Shown here: positions 1 to 13,065 of the stretch, piece after piece
Layout: every line of letters begins with the position of its first letter
Numbering within the stretch: the stretch's first letter is position 1
Source of the DNA: Geosiphon pyriformis uo1
Lineage: Eukaryota; Fungi; Glomeromycota
Assembly: GCA_016748015.1 (NCBI GenBank)
Contig: JAAOMT010000168.1
Span: 1 to 34,675 of the forward strand
DNA: 34,675 nt
Reading direction: 5' to 3'
Made by a program: the position numbers and the translations under genes
The notes under the pieces: model-generated
What the model saw: only the letters and a program-made list of their open reading frames with translations
What the model was told of the DNA's origin: nothing
The model's database searches: none

Positions 1-2588
1 CAGCTGTTGGCAAAATTTCGATTGTTTATTGGTATAAAATGTGTAATTTAAAAAATATTAATTATCATTGATAGTTTTTAAATGCCGTCAAGTCCGAGCG
101 TCGTTATTATTTACTACATTAGTAAATTTTATTTTTTTGGAAACCCGAAAATGCTTATAGACATTTTGCTCATACTATATTTTAAATTAAAATTGGTAAA
201 ATAAAAAATCAACTAGCTTTGTTTCTTAACCATATAGTATATGTAAAATGGATAAAGGTTAGATTGTGTAACTTTAAAATAAAATTATAATTTATTAAGA
301 TTAGGTGACATACAGTTATTGTATGTATTTTATTTTTGGAAAGTGGACAAATATAAATTTATTTACTTTTTTGATTTACATTTGTCATTTTTACAAATCA
401 TTCTTTATATAAATTTATATTGGAAGGAAAGAAATATTTTGAATTCAAAATAATTTTTATATCTCTTTAAACAATAAAAAAAGTTATAAAACGCCCAACT
501 TTAATTTTAGTGAACAAGCAGTAGGTCTGGACAATTTTCAAATAAAAGAAATGCCTGAAATATTATTTTGAAATATCCAAAAAAAAATTCGGACATTTTT
601 AAAGAATAACAATGCTAATAAAATTTCTGCTTCCAAATATTGGTTGGGACAATCTTTTAAATTTTGAACTTTTTTATTCCAGTTTAAATGATAAAAAAGT
701 AGTGCCCAAACAAAGACTGACCATTTTCAAATTTACATTCAGCATTCATCACAATAGCAGTTTGAAAATATAAAATTATTACAGGCTTCTGACGAATAAA
801 CTTTTTGACACAAAATTTGAGGCTTTGGTTTTAGTTTCAGCTTCCTGAAAGCCCCCAAAAAATCTATTTTCATAGGATATATTGCCGATTTGAAATAAAC
901 CATTAGATATGATTTCTTAGTCTAAATCCTTTCATTTACAAACTATTATCAAAATACAAATTTGACAATTGCGCCTCAGCATCTTTGAACCGAGGTTTAA
1001 ATGGTGATTGGATTGATTCTTTACGCGAAATAATTTCTTATCAAAATCAAAATTTATCAGTATTCCTATATGAGTAAAATTCTAATAATGATCTACATTT
1101 GAAAAATCAATAAATCATATCATTTTATAAAGTGATATTGTAATGAACAAAAATATTGATTTTTAAAAAAATTTGATTAAGATTAAATGTTCTGAATTTA
1201 TAATTGTTTGTTTTATTTTATTTGTTAACTGGAAAAAATTATATATAATAATTTCATTCCTGGCTATATATAAATTTAGAATTTTATATAGTTTTGAATT
1301 TAAGATTATTTACTTTTCAAATAATGAAAACTATAAATAAGATTTAAATTTATACTACTTTAATCAAAACTTGAAGAACTTATTGAATAGATTAAGCAAA
1401 TTAAAAATAAAGCTATTTGCTATTTATAAAATGCCTTTAGAATTATATATTGATTTCTATATTTTTAATTTTAAGAAGTTTAATTATCATTTTTTATTTA
1501 GTTTCTGTTGCAAAATGTCAAAATTGATTGTTTTAATTTTAATTAAAAAAAAAGAAAGTTTTTCAATGATTAAATAAAATAAGGAGGCAGAATTGGTATT
1601 CCGAGTTTATTAGAAAATGCTTCTATTTTACGAAATAATATTTAGTAGAAATTATTTTATTAAAGAGTTATTACCTTGAAGCTGATATTATATTTTGAAT
1701 AACACTTTTAAGTTTTTTTAAATTTTTTAAATATTTCTTATCAAATATTTATTAAACTCTATTTATTTATTTTACTGCCTATTAAAAAAACAAACCATTA
1801 TACAAAAATATGATTTTTAATTAGCGAGGAAACACAATTATGCATTTAAATGTTCAATAAGAGACATGCTTTCCAGCCATCCGTTTTATAATTAAATTAT
1901 TAAAAATATGACAAAATACATTAATTAAACCATATATATATGCAAAAATTTGTAAAATAAAATAATTTAAAATAAAATTGAATTTGTAATATTTAAAATT
2001 AGATATCAGTTTTTTGAAACTAAATACCATTATATATATACATAATTTATTATACAAAAGGCGAAATTTTTAGACTTAAAAAAAAATTTTTTTGCTATTA
2101 ACGTTTACAAATTTGAGTGGAAGATGAAACTATTTTTGGCCTCCAAAAAACAACAGCTTTGCACTTTGGTAAGTAATTTGGTGTACAATAAGAAAGTTTG
2201 ATCATTTTATATAGATTTAATCCATTATTGATTTTTTTATTGAATAATAGTGTTCAAGTCTGATTTCTTTTTGAACATTATAATTTCATTTTATAAACAT
2301 TAAACTTAAAAATTTTATTGAACAAAAATTATTATTTATTTTCTTTTATATAGAATTTTTGTAAATAAAAAATTCCTTATTTATGATTTTATAAGATGTT
2401 AATTAAAATAGGGACAAATTAATTCATTTTGATAGTTACACTAATCATCAAGTGATTTTAAAAACTCTATATCAGTCTCAGATTAACATGCATAAAACAT
2501 AGGGCTGATTTGATTTTGTGAAAATCCTCTTTCACCAAAGACTGCAGATTGAAATATCAATATTTTAAAAGCTTCTTATATCTTACCT

Positions 2589-4088
2589 ATGACATCCCAG
2601 CAATTCTTTCACGCTTTATCCCATGATTTTGGGAATTTACTAGATAGTCAGGATTTTTCTGATGTTAAGATTGTCGTTGGAGAAGTGCCTAATATCAGAA
2701 CTTTTCAGGCACATTCGCAAATTTTAGCAGCAAGATCACCGTATTTTGCTGTAGCACTCTCTAGTAATTGGGTCAAAAGGGAAAATAATACCATTATCTT
2801 CTCTAAACCTAATATTTCACCCAATATTTTTGAGATAATTCTCAGGTAAGGTTATTCATTTGCTTCAAAGTATTTTAGTCAATATAAATTTATACGTTTT
2901 ATTTTCCTGCACAGATATATTTATAATGGTGAGATTTCTCTTGACGAACATCGATTACCTACCATTTTAGAATTCCTTGTTACCGCTGACGAGCTTATTC
3001 TAGAAAACCTGATTGATTACCTTGAAGACTATTTGATTGAACACCGTGCAAAAGAGCTAGAAGAAAATTTCGCCACTTTGCAGAAAACTTCATTTATGCA
3101 TGATTCTTTCAAAAAGTTACAAAATTTCTGCATCGAAATAGCTGTTACCAATCCAACTATAGTCTTCAACTCCCAAGATTTCACCTCCCTTAGTGAAAAG
3201 GCTCTTTCCTCAATTTTAACCCGGGATGACTTGGATATAGAAGAATCTGAAATATGGGAAAAGATTGTGGAGTGGGGAGTTGCTAAATTGGATAATGACA
3301 TTCGGATGAAAAAGGTTCTTTGCTGGACAGATGAAAACTTTAACGCCTTTAAGGAATCTATTGAAAGACTTCTACCTTCAATCCGCTTCTTTAACATATC
3401 TTCAGTTGACTTCTATCACAAAGTAAAACCATTTGCGAGAATCTTACCTGGAACTTTATATGAAGATCTTTTACATCATTATCTCGTACCGGGTAGTCGT
3501 CAAGAGTCTGTAGACGCTCAGCCATTACGTTGTTCTCGATTTAACATTGATTCAAAGCTTCTTCGATCGCATAATATAAGACAGCTTGATCATTGGATTC
3601 AAGGCAAAGACATAAATACTCCTTTTGAAAATCCACTTGGAAATGATCTTAAGCTGTTACTTCGAGGCAGTCGAGATGGATTCACTCCAGGCGATTTTCA
3701 TCGATTATGCGATGATAAAGGAGCAACAGTTTGCATAATCAAAGTGAAAGGAACTGGTCAGCTAATAGGCGGCTATAACCCACAATCTTGGGACTCTCGA
3801 AATACAAATTTAGATGGAGAAGACAGTTTTATCTTTTCCCTTGGAGATGGGACACTTGGAAATGCTAAACTTAGTAGATTTGTTAACGGACATGGACCTT
3901 ATAGTAGTCCAACTTGTGGACCCTGTTTTGGATATGGCAGTATTGGATTGTATGGCAATGATTTCAGAACTAGTCCAAGGTGCTATTGTAAAAAGACAAC
4001 GAGTTATCATCATGATATAATGCCTGGATCAGAAAAGGTGAATTTCTTTGTTGAGGAGTATGAAATTTTTCAAATCAAAAATAAATAA
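2589..4088 (+). CDS. BTB/POZ-BACK-TLDc domain protein, 476 aa; exons 2589-2845 and 2915-4088
   Basis: Exon 1 has a BTB motif (SDVKIVVGE..FQAHSQILAARSPYFAVALS..KPNISPNIFEIILR). A 69-bp intron 2846-2914 (GTAAG...CAG) joins in frame to YIYNGEISL..LVTADELILENLIDYLEDYLIE. A BACK-like region follows (LSSILTRDDLDIEESEIWEKIVEWG), then a TLDc domain (LLLRGSRDGFTPGDFHRLCDDKGATV..IGGYNP..DSFIFS..GPCFG..VEEYEIFQI). Spliced length is 1431 nt with no internal stops. Confidence 0.95.
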
Positions 4089-5940
4089 ATTCAATTTAAC
4101 TATAAAGGTTAACTCACTATCTTAGAAATTTTTGATTTGCAGAATATTCTATAGTCTATTATTTAAAGCCCCACAATAAATTTAAAATAAATTGTTTTAA
4201 TAAAAGGTTGTAGCTTAGGTTTTTATCACAATTTATAAATACAACTTTAAATGCATACTTGTGTCTCCCCTGCTAAAAAAATGCAAATTTACAGGTGTTT
4301 GTTGTTTTATTCGGCGATGAAATAATACTTAATAAATATTCTAATAAGGAAACTTTGAGAGATTCGAAAAGATTTAAAGGTTTCAAACAAAATATAACCT
4401 CAGCTTTTAAGGTATTAACTCTTTAATAGAATATATTTCTTTTAATAATTTCTTTTAAAATGGAATTATCTTCTGGTAAACCCAGAATAACTAATTTTGC
4501 TTCCTTTTTTTATCTCATCCAGAAATAGAAAATTTTTTTCGTTTTCTTAATTGATTTTGAAATTCCAAATATTAAAAAGACCTAGTTTCGAAATTACATA
4601 GAATAATTATTTTAGTTTGCTTTAACATCAAAATATATAAAAGTTTTCAAGGATATTAGTTGTGTAAAAAAACATTAATCAACTCAAAGATAAAAAGATA
4701 AAAGATTTAAATATTAAAAGACTTAGTGTAAAGCAAGCACAAGTGCTTTAAACCACCAAAAGCCATTGGCATGTGCAATATTTGAACTGTGATGCATACT
4801 TTATTTGTATATAATAAAAAAAATTACCAATAAATATTAAAAAAGTAAAAACAGCATAAATTAAAATATGTATATTACAAAAATATAAAACCAGAATCTT
4901 TTTCAACTTTAATAACACAAAATGTAAATACAATAATAAAATAGAATAAAGATATGTAGGTTGTAGTTTATATAAAAACTGAATGCTTTGTTTTTTTATA
5001 CTAATAACACATTTATTATTTTATAAATATTTTCATTTTTATATAATAAATACTGATTTTCAAATTATGTCTATTTTAAATACTTTTTTGTTGTATTTGT
5101 TTTAAATCGTTATGAAAATAATTTGTTGGTACTTTTCAATTGGTAAGAATGTTCAGAAGTGATAAATTTTTTTGCTTGATAAACAAATTATTTAAAATTA
5201 CAAGAAATTATATATAAAGAATTTAAAAACTGCAGTCAAAGAAATTCAAGAATTAGTTAAATAGAATATTGAAAAATTAATGAGAAAACTCACATAAAAT
5301 TGGTTTTTATTTAGGAATTTCCGCAAAAAATTTATTATTATTAAAACACAATAAGAGAATTGACTTAATTTGGTATATTGAATATTTTATTATTCAAATA
5401 AAATAATGAAATCAAATTATTTAGAGAGATGAATTATAAAAATATAGAAAGAAAAAAAAGACATTTTAATCCTTTCCGATTTTCAAGGCCAAGTTAACTA
5501 AAAATTATTATTGAATAAATTTTTTATTCCAGAAACTTAATAAATATTGATGGCATTATTTAAAATGCTATGATATGTATTAAACAAAAATTTATAGATT
5601 ATTTATTTGTTGAAGGGATTTTGCATTTCATAGTATTTGTTAATTTGATTAGTATGCCTTTGAATTATATATGTATTTTATAAGAAAAAACTATGTTGAA
5701 GGGATCACGTTTGCCACCAGAGAGATTCTTTCTAATAAATCGGAATTTTGTTCATTCAGTACCCAAAGAAACCTTAGAAAAATCAATTTAAACTATAAAA
5801 TATTACCAAAAAAATTTTTAGCTACAACTTTTCTTTGAAAGTTATAATCTTAATGATCATCCTCGGTTATCCAAATAAGAAAATTGGGTGCCATTAAATC
5901 TGGAGAAAATTTAAATCTAATCGGGACTTGTTATATAATC

Positions 5941-5941
<1 letters not shown>

Positions 5942-6004
<63 letters not shown>
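5942..6004. repeat. (ATT)21 microsatellite
   Basis: Perfect trinucleotide run. It encodes the poly-Asn of the short minus-strand ORF 5894-6079. Confidence 0.95.
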
Positions 6005-7146
6005 GAGTGAATTTATTAAATATAATAAAATCGCTAAAAAGAGCAAAGTTTTGGTAATTAACCAAATATTAAATTTCATTGTAATTATTCTGATAGTTTA
6101 ATTAAAACTTGTATTTATAATTTCTATTGGCGTTTTAAAAGGAAGTTAATAGTAATCTCGACAAAGAAAAATTACTTAGAAAATGGGCTTAAACCGTCAA
6201 TTAATCAATCATTAAATGTACTGCAAGAATCGGTAAATTTTTTCATGAAAAGATATAAAATCTTTGAAACCATAAATTAATAAAAATCTTTTATAGTTTC
6301 AAAAATATCCAAAGCCCACTGTCTTATTCATCGTACTCTTTGCTGCTGATAATCATAATCTGAATCTTTTATATTTGAATAATGTCAACTTTTAAACCCC
6401 AATATTAAAGATTTAATCTTCTCGGATATTATTATTATTAATTTTATTGAGATATTCCACAATTCCTGATTTAAGTCTGATTTCAAATGCGAAAATTTTA
6501 AAAAACCTTTTACAATTATCCTTTTTGATTAAATCATGATTAAATTAATAATTAATTTAAAAGAGAGTGATTAAAATATATAACATTAATAACTAATAAA
6601 TATTGAAATAATTTAAGCATAATAATATTATCAATATATTTTTTATTTATATTGTATATATATGTAAATATTTTCTCATTATTAACAAAATTATATATAT
6701 TATTTAAATTTGGTAGTTTATTTTAATAAATTCTATTTTTGTAACATTTAGTAAATAAAATATAAAATATAATTTTTTAAATAAAATTATGCTTATTAAA
6801 AAAAAATATAAACAGTTTTATGAAAAAATAATCTTTAATGTTATTAACCAATAATAAAATATAATAAGTTGGGGGCTAAGTATTAACTAACACCATATAT
6901 ATTATTGGACTGGAAAAAATAATTGTTAGTACAATCAAATCTAAGATCAGAAATGACAAATTTTGTTTTAAAATAAGGGTATTGCAAGAATGTATTTCTT
7001 TATTACATAAAAAAGGGTTTCTCATTTTCTTCTCAACAAATATTAATTCTTCTAATAATATAATCTCGTCGGAAGAAATTCATTCAAAGTAATTTAAAAA
7101 AAGTTTAAAGCTTGATGAATCAATTTACTTTAAAGAAAATATCTAC

Positions 7147-7680
7147 CCTCAACAACTTCATAGTCGACAAAATGAATTGCAAGACGCTCCATTTGAAATT
7201 CTTCATAAGAAATTTTTTTGACTTTGCTGATCAGTAAAGGCATCATTTTCTTCAACCAAATTGAATTAACACTACTTTCTCTACACCTAAGTTTATCAAA
7301 TTTATTAAAGTGAGTTAGAATTGTCTGTTAACCATTCCTGTTTGCGGAACTTTGGTCCTCAAAAGTAAATGACAAGTTGTCTATCTCTTCCTTATTCTTG
7401 TCTCCCATATGTAGGTTAAAAAATATTTCACTTTTGAAACAACATTAAATTTTCAAAGTGGATAGACAAATTATAAAATATTCAAGATATACAAGGATAT
7501 TCTCCTCTTTCACAACAATTCTAATTTCATTTCACGAAAGACATTAAGGAAATTTTGCATAGTCAGCCATATGTCTAAGAAAAAGTATTTTCTTATTATT
7601 GAAGACTTCAGAGTTTTCTGCTCCCTTTTGAACTGGTTTAGTAGGCTGAGGTCTCATTTGAAAACCTTTTTTTTGATATA
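7147..7680 (-). pseudogene. Heavily decayed 5' half of a class-3 lipase-like paralog (copy D)
   Basis: Minus-strand fragments ILFLRHMADYAKFP*C (cf. LLMFHVAQYANMAYC in copy B), IWETRIRK (cf. MQWETREVK in B), GMVNRQF, and IHFVDYEVVE followed by a GTAGAT donor at 7146 (cf. LNFVGHGVGG|gtaagt in B). Many stops and frameshifts. Confidence 0.5.
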
Positions 7681-8606
7681 TTTTGCTTTTTATTTTTGAT
7701 CCCAGAAAATGAAAATTGTTGCTTTTATTTTTGTTGCTATTTTTTGCCTTCTTTACAAGGGTTTCCTCTCCAAAACTTTTCTTTTGATTATAATTTTCAT
7801 TTAATTAATTCAGTATTATGTAATTTTTGACTCTAAAGCATCGAGCTAAATTTTAATATGAATTGAAATGGGTCTTGTTTCAACTTTTTACTTAAGTATA
7901 ATTTAAAATCATTTACATTTGATGAAAAAATTGTGAAGCGAGCTCAAATAAATTAGTAAAACAATAAATATATTGGTAAAATAAATAATAAAAGAACTTT
8001 TTTATCTTACCTGTTTTCTTTCATTAACATTATGGTTTCAAACTCGGTGAATTTGAATTTAATAAGATTTTCATATAAATCACCTCTCTTTCGGACTAAT
8101 GATAACCAAATTATGTGAGATTATCTGAAGACGGTGAAAATCAGAAGAAAAAACAGTTAACAAATTGGGAAAGTAAGAAATAAATGTAATAAATTTTAAT
8201 TAGATAAGGGGATAATCCATACTTTAAAATTCTAAATAATAATTTGGACTAAAAACAAAAAATTTAGATTATATACACATGAAAAATATGGAATTTATAA
8301 GCACAAGCCTCAAACCTGTGTGCTGAAAAGAATATATTAGCCAAATAATATTAGAAGAAACCTTTTTCTTACCACATTTAGAATTTCTTTATTTCTCAAC
8401 GGCAATTATAACATAGTGTAAAATTGACATAAACCCTAATGAAATTAATATTCTGAAAAATTCCAGAAAGAGCGGTTTATCTTAACTTTGAAAAAGTTTC
8501 TTCTAAAAAATAAATTTGTTTCCTCTTAAAAACAACTTCAAAAATAATAAATCACCACTGCCCCTCAATTTCAAATATGATCATTATCAGGATATAATTT
8601 TTGTAA

Positions 8607-9620
8607 CTATTTGAGGAATCTCTTTAATTTTGTTCCGAAATAATTGATCCTATGGAGATGTCTTCTCATATTGCATTCCTATAAAATGGTTTGTAGTAAA
8701 TTTAGGATACTAGATCAAAAATCACCTCATTTTCATGTGGAGTACCTGTAGGAAAACATAAATAAATCTTTGGATTTGAGCAGTCACATTGATATTCTAT
8801 CCAAATTTCTTTTTGAAAGTATCTGTATAAAATGCTGGAAAATATCGAATTTTTATGTGTAAGCCAGATTTTCCATGATCAAACTCCTCAATTAAAAAAT
8901 TAGGCATTCCAATCATCATCATAAGTGACACTTGAAACTTTTTGAATCAAGTGTTCGGTTTAATGCACAAATATTTCGTGGTTGACCAAATGTAATAAAA
9001 CTTATTTATGCTTTAAGATACTTCCTTTTATATTCAAGTGCAGCATGTATGAGCGAAGACTAAAGTAAAAAACTTTATAAATTTTTAATTATCAAAAACA
9101 AATTCATTTACCAGCTCCAATCCGAAGCTGGTAAAGGGTTCCTAAAATAGAGGTACTATTTATTGCCAACGCTCATAAATTTCTTTCAAAAAATATTCTT
9201 CTTCTACATGTGGGTAAGGTACGATATCGCGCATATTGCGTATTTTATATTTAAAGATAGAATTCCAATTATAGAATGAAGCATAATAAAAGAAATTGTC
9301 ATTCCTAAAATTATTACTATTTTTCAAATAATTATTGAAATAAATTTGAGTTAAAAAATTTGCTTCCCTTTGTGAAAAATAATAATCAATATAGAATAAC
9401 CCTAAATTCGATTCGCCTAAAAGAGAAGTTTTCATTCGTTTGATTAACTTTTTTGACAATATGCAAAAGCCGCATTTGAAGCTAGCTCACGCAAAAAATT
9501 TTCATCTTCAATAATCTCTTTTATTAGTACTCGATATATTAATGGGTTGGGTAAAAAGATTTCTTTTTTGAATAGGTTCAGTGATAAAATTTTTCTGCTT
9601 AAGAAAATGCGAGCCTTAAA
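8607..9620 (-). pseudogene. Class-3 lipase-like pseudogene (copy C)
   Basis: Minus-strand fragments: IQKRNLLPNPLIYRVLIKEIIEDENFLRELASNAAFAYC; FTSFG-(I)GA then a GTAAAT donor at 9111; IHAALEYKRKYLKA*ISFITFGQPR; YFQKEIWIEYQCDCSNPKIYLCFPTGTPHENE|gt; last exon ECNMRRHLHRINYFGTK ending at TAG 8607. Two intron positions match copies A and B. Several stops and frameshifts. The 5' end probably extends to about 9.8 kb. Confidence 0.85.
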
Positions 9621-9904
9621 TCGGTTTGAAATTAATTTTAGATATATTATTAAATTTCTTGAATTAAATTCTCTCTTTTAATGTTGCAAAAATAACAAGC
9701 TCTTTTGGCTGTAATCAGTTTAATTTTGTAAAGAGGAGAAATTAGAATCAATAGAGAAAAGAATGAGATTGGAATAGGTAAAATATTTTAAAAATTAATT
9801 TAGAATGTGAAAAATTCTCAAATTTTATCAAGTATCAAAAATAAATGAACTGGTTCCGGAGCTAATCTTTGGAATCTATTTATGAAAAAATTCGTCAATC
9901 TATC

Positions 9905-9926
9905 AACAACAACAACAACAACAATA

Positions 9927-9973
<47 letters not shown>
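9905..9973. repeat. Compound (AAC)n/(AAT)n microsatellite between divergent lipase-like copies C and A
   Basis: caacaacaac... followed by aataataat...; read directly from the sequence. Confidence 0.9.
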
Positions 9974-9977
<4 letters not shown>

Positions 9978-10027
9978 GCTAGACATTGGCTCATTCTTTT
10001 ACAATTTTGAGTTATTTTAACAAAAAA

Positions 10028-11612
10028 ATGGTTTCTTTTTGGAAGAAAAATATAACTCTTCAAGTATCCAAAAAGACTTTTAACCAAATTTTGGTTGCAA
10101 AAATCATAGCGATTAATCTTTTTATCATTTTCATAAATTTTTTGTTTCGTTCAAAAGTATTAAGCCATGATTATTTGATACAAAATAAATCAAATTTTAA
10201 TTCTTTTAATCACTCACAATCTATTTCATTGACTAAAAAAAATTTAACCGAGAATTGGCTGATTTCAAAAGATGAAAACTTAAAAAATAGATATGAAAAA
10301 AACTCTTTCATAAAAAGGAATTCACTTGGTCCTTTATATAAAAAAATTCTAGTTCAAGATAAAGATATCTTGAAATTTTTTGCTAGCAAGGCAAATTTAG
10401 CCTGGACAGCGCATTGCCATCTAAAATATTTAAGTGACCGGGGCAATGGTAAGTATAAGAATTCTTCAAAGATTAACTTTTTTCTATCCTAAATAATACA
10501 TTTGAAACCTCGTTTTTGAATCAGTTAAATATAGGGCCGCGGCTTTTTTCTTAGCACATGACCAATCGAAAATCACGTTCAGTTTTGCAACGACCGTTTT
10601 TCACAAGTTTTCCAATTTAGCATTCGTAAGCAGAGGCACCCATAATCCAGCTATTCAATTCCCAAATGTACCTGGTGCCTGGGTTGTTCGCCGTGCTTAT
10701 CGAAAATGGAAAACTTATACTGAAATAAATTTTTTTCGTGGTTTTCGAATGTATTTGACGAACTTATCGATCCAGCCTGATTTTTCTGACTTTGAATTTA
10801 CCGGATTTGGTGAAAGCAGTTGTAAGTTTCTTCTTTCTTTTAAAAAAGAAAAGTAAAAAAAATTAGACGATATAATCATTTAATTTTCATATCAAATTTT
10901 TTCTTTTCAAATTAGCCTATCCAATCTTTGCTGCTCTTGAATTTTCAGCAAGATATCACCCGAAAAAGAAGCCGATTGTTGTTACTTTTGGCCAGCCGAA
11001 AATAGGAAATGAAGTTTTTACTGCTTTTGCTCACTCCAAGCTTGAGGTAAATATATTAATTGTTAGTTTGAAATATTAAAAAATTCTGTCGGAATTTCCA
11101 ATTGAAACCGAATTTCTAGATTTTTCGCGTCACACTTGCAGACGATTTACTACCATTAACACCCACGAGAGGATTAAGAAAATTTTCCAAGTGGAGTGAT
11201 AAAAATGAGAGATTGAATGCGATAGCAGCACATGAAGAGTACACACATTTTAAACCAGAGTTTTGGATCGAAAATGAATCAAATTGTGCTTGCCCGAAAA
11301 ATGTGTACCCAATTGTGTACAAGTGCTATAACACGCATTCCTTCATGGAACATCCGGTACGAATTAGAATTTCAATTTTTCAAAAATATTGAAAAATTTT
11401 ATGCTTTATTAATGGTTTAAGCTTTTTAGGAATGCAATAGTCGTGATCATGACTTTAAAACTTCTCAGACGATGACAATCTTCGATAATGAAGATGAATT
11501 TCGTTATGGACCATATTTTGGCAAAGATTTTATGGATTGTCAAAATGCAAGTTCAGATAATATCCGAAAGGTCATTTATCAAGAACTAATTGCAGGCAGA
11601 AATGATTTTTAA
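10028..11612 (+). CDS. Class-3 (Lipase_3) lipase-like protein, predicted catalytically inactive, 422 aa (copy A); exons 10028-10448, 10525-10821, 10916-11046, 11120-11356, 11430-11612
   Basis: Four canonical GT-AG introns give a 1269-nt open frame. It has an N-terminal hydrophobic stretch (ILVAKIIAINLFIIFINFLF) and a KR site. Motifs: ANLAWTAHC; elbow FEFTGFGESS; SYPIFAALEF; VVTFGQPKIGNEVF; FRVTLADDLLP; YTHFKPEFWIENESNCAC; ECN; RYGPYFG..MDC. These are collinear with fungal class-3 lipase motifs (AAYC, GHSLGG, TFGxPRxGN, RVxxxxDIVP, HxxxEYWI, HxxYFG). Confidence 0.88.
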
Positions 11613-12390
11613 TCTTTTTTCACAAAATAAATATGATATTCAAATATTTTAAATATATTTATATGAAAGTAAATGCAACTTTTTAAATGTGTCAATAACT
11701 TATTTTACCTAAAAAATTATTAAAGGATAACTTTTTTATCACTCTAATATTTTTTTCCTAAAAATCTCAATATTATTTAAAAAGGAATGCTATATCACTA
11801 CTTTGTAGTCTACAATTTATTTGTGAGTGATAGCTTTGAAAAAAAATTTTAAGAGAATTCTCAAATTTTAATTAATGAAGTTGAACCAATTGAAAAATTA
11901 ATTTAACGTCATTTTAATATCTTTGATTTATAAATTTCACATATTCAGAAATTTTATTTTCCCTTAAGATGAAGATATTTCCTATTTTTAGATAATTATT
12001 AGCATGAAATACTTCCAAGTTCTTCAATTCCAAAAAATTATGAATTTTATTTCTAAATCTACTATTCCCTTCATCATCCTCTTATTGAAGCAATCTTATC
12101 ATTAAAGTCATCAAATGGTATTAAATAACTGGATTAAAGGTTGCAATAATTATGAAAATAAAAGTGTTTAATTTTTCTAATTGTATAAAAGTTTTTTTTA
12201 AAATTCATGTTTTTACAGTTGCTTTAACAAAAATCAAAGAATTTATTATATATAAATAAAATAATATATTAACCAATTTTAATAATAATATGTTATTTTA
12301 GTTTAAAAAATATACAAATTTATAATATTTTATATACCATTTTTTGCAATAATAAATGAATAATATTTACGCAAAACTATGCAAATTGTT

Positions 12391-12412
12391 ATATATATAT
12401 ATATATATATAT
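12391..12412. repeat. (AT)11 microsatellite
   Basis: Read directly from the sequence. Confidence 0.85.
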
Positions 12413-13065
12413 TAATAATATTTTGTAATTATACTTTGTTTTTCTGCTACTTTTTTTATAATTGTTTTAATAATCTATTTTTAAGTTACAATAAATACCT
12501 ATTTTTTATGTTAATTTTATATTGTATAAGACATTTTTAAATTTTAAACAAATTTACAAATTTTTTTATAGCATTCCATTTTTAAAAGAAATTTTGGCAG
12601 TTAGTTTGAATATCATTCATTAAAAATAATGTTACTTGTAGTTCTAAAATAAATCAATATTTTCATTTCCAAAATACATCCATGAATATATATTTAAGAA
12701 TACGATTGTTTTTATACATTTTATAATGTTTTCATTAAACATTTAGTTTTATTTTATTTTTAATAAATTCTTTTAATTCATTATAATAATTCCACATAGA
12801 GCTTTACCAAATTTGAGGCCCTAAGTTAGATGACATAATTCATCGATGTCAATGATTTTAAGCTTAAATTCAAGTCTTAAAAACAACGTCTTACTATTTG
12901 TCAAAATGAACTAAGAATTTTTTTCTTCAAGATTAAAATGACTTTTAAATCTTTTTATATCACAGTTTCTTTTGCAATATTATACCAATACTGATTATAA
13001 TAAGCTGTAGTTTTTTGACTATAGAATAGTAAAAGAAAATGTGAATCCATACCAAGTAGAGTTGC

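Noticed and set aside
520-1060. Coding-like minus-strand fragments (e.g. SYLMVYFKSAIYP) that might be another lipase-like relic
   Set aside because: No diagnostic motif (AYC, elbow, TFGQP) found; too degraded to support.
1371-2057. Short F/I/L/K/N-rich ORFs (also 4748-4933, 22562-22753, 29791-30063)
   Set aside because: Composition expected by chance in very AT-rich intergenic DNA; no motifs.
3029-4020. ORFs 3029-3397, 3810-4013 and 3814-4020
   Set aside because: Shadow or alternate frames of the BTB-TLDc exon 2.
9818-10087. ORF with poly-Tyr/poly-Val
   Set aside because: Product of the AAT/AAC microsatellite read on the minus strand.
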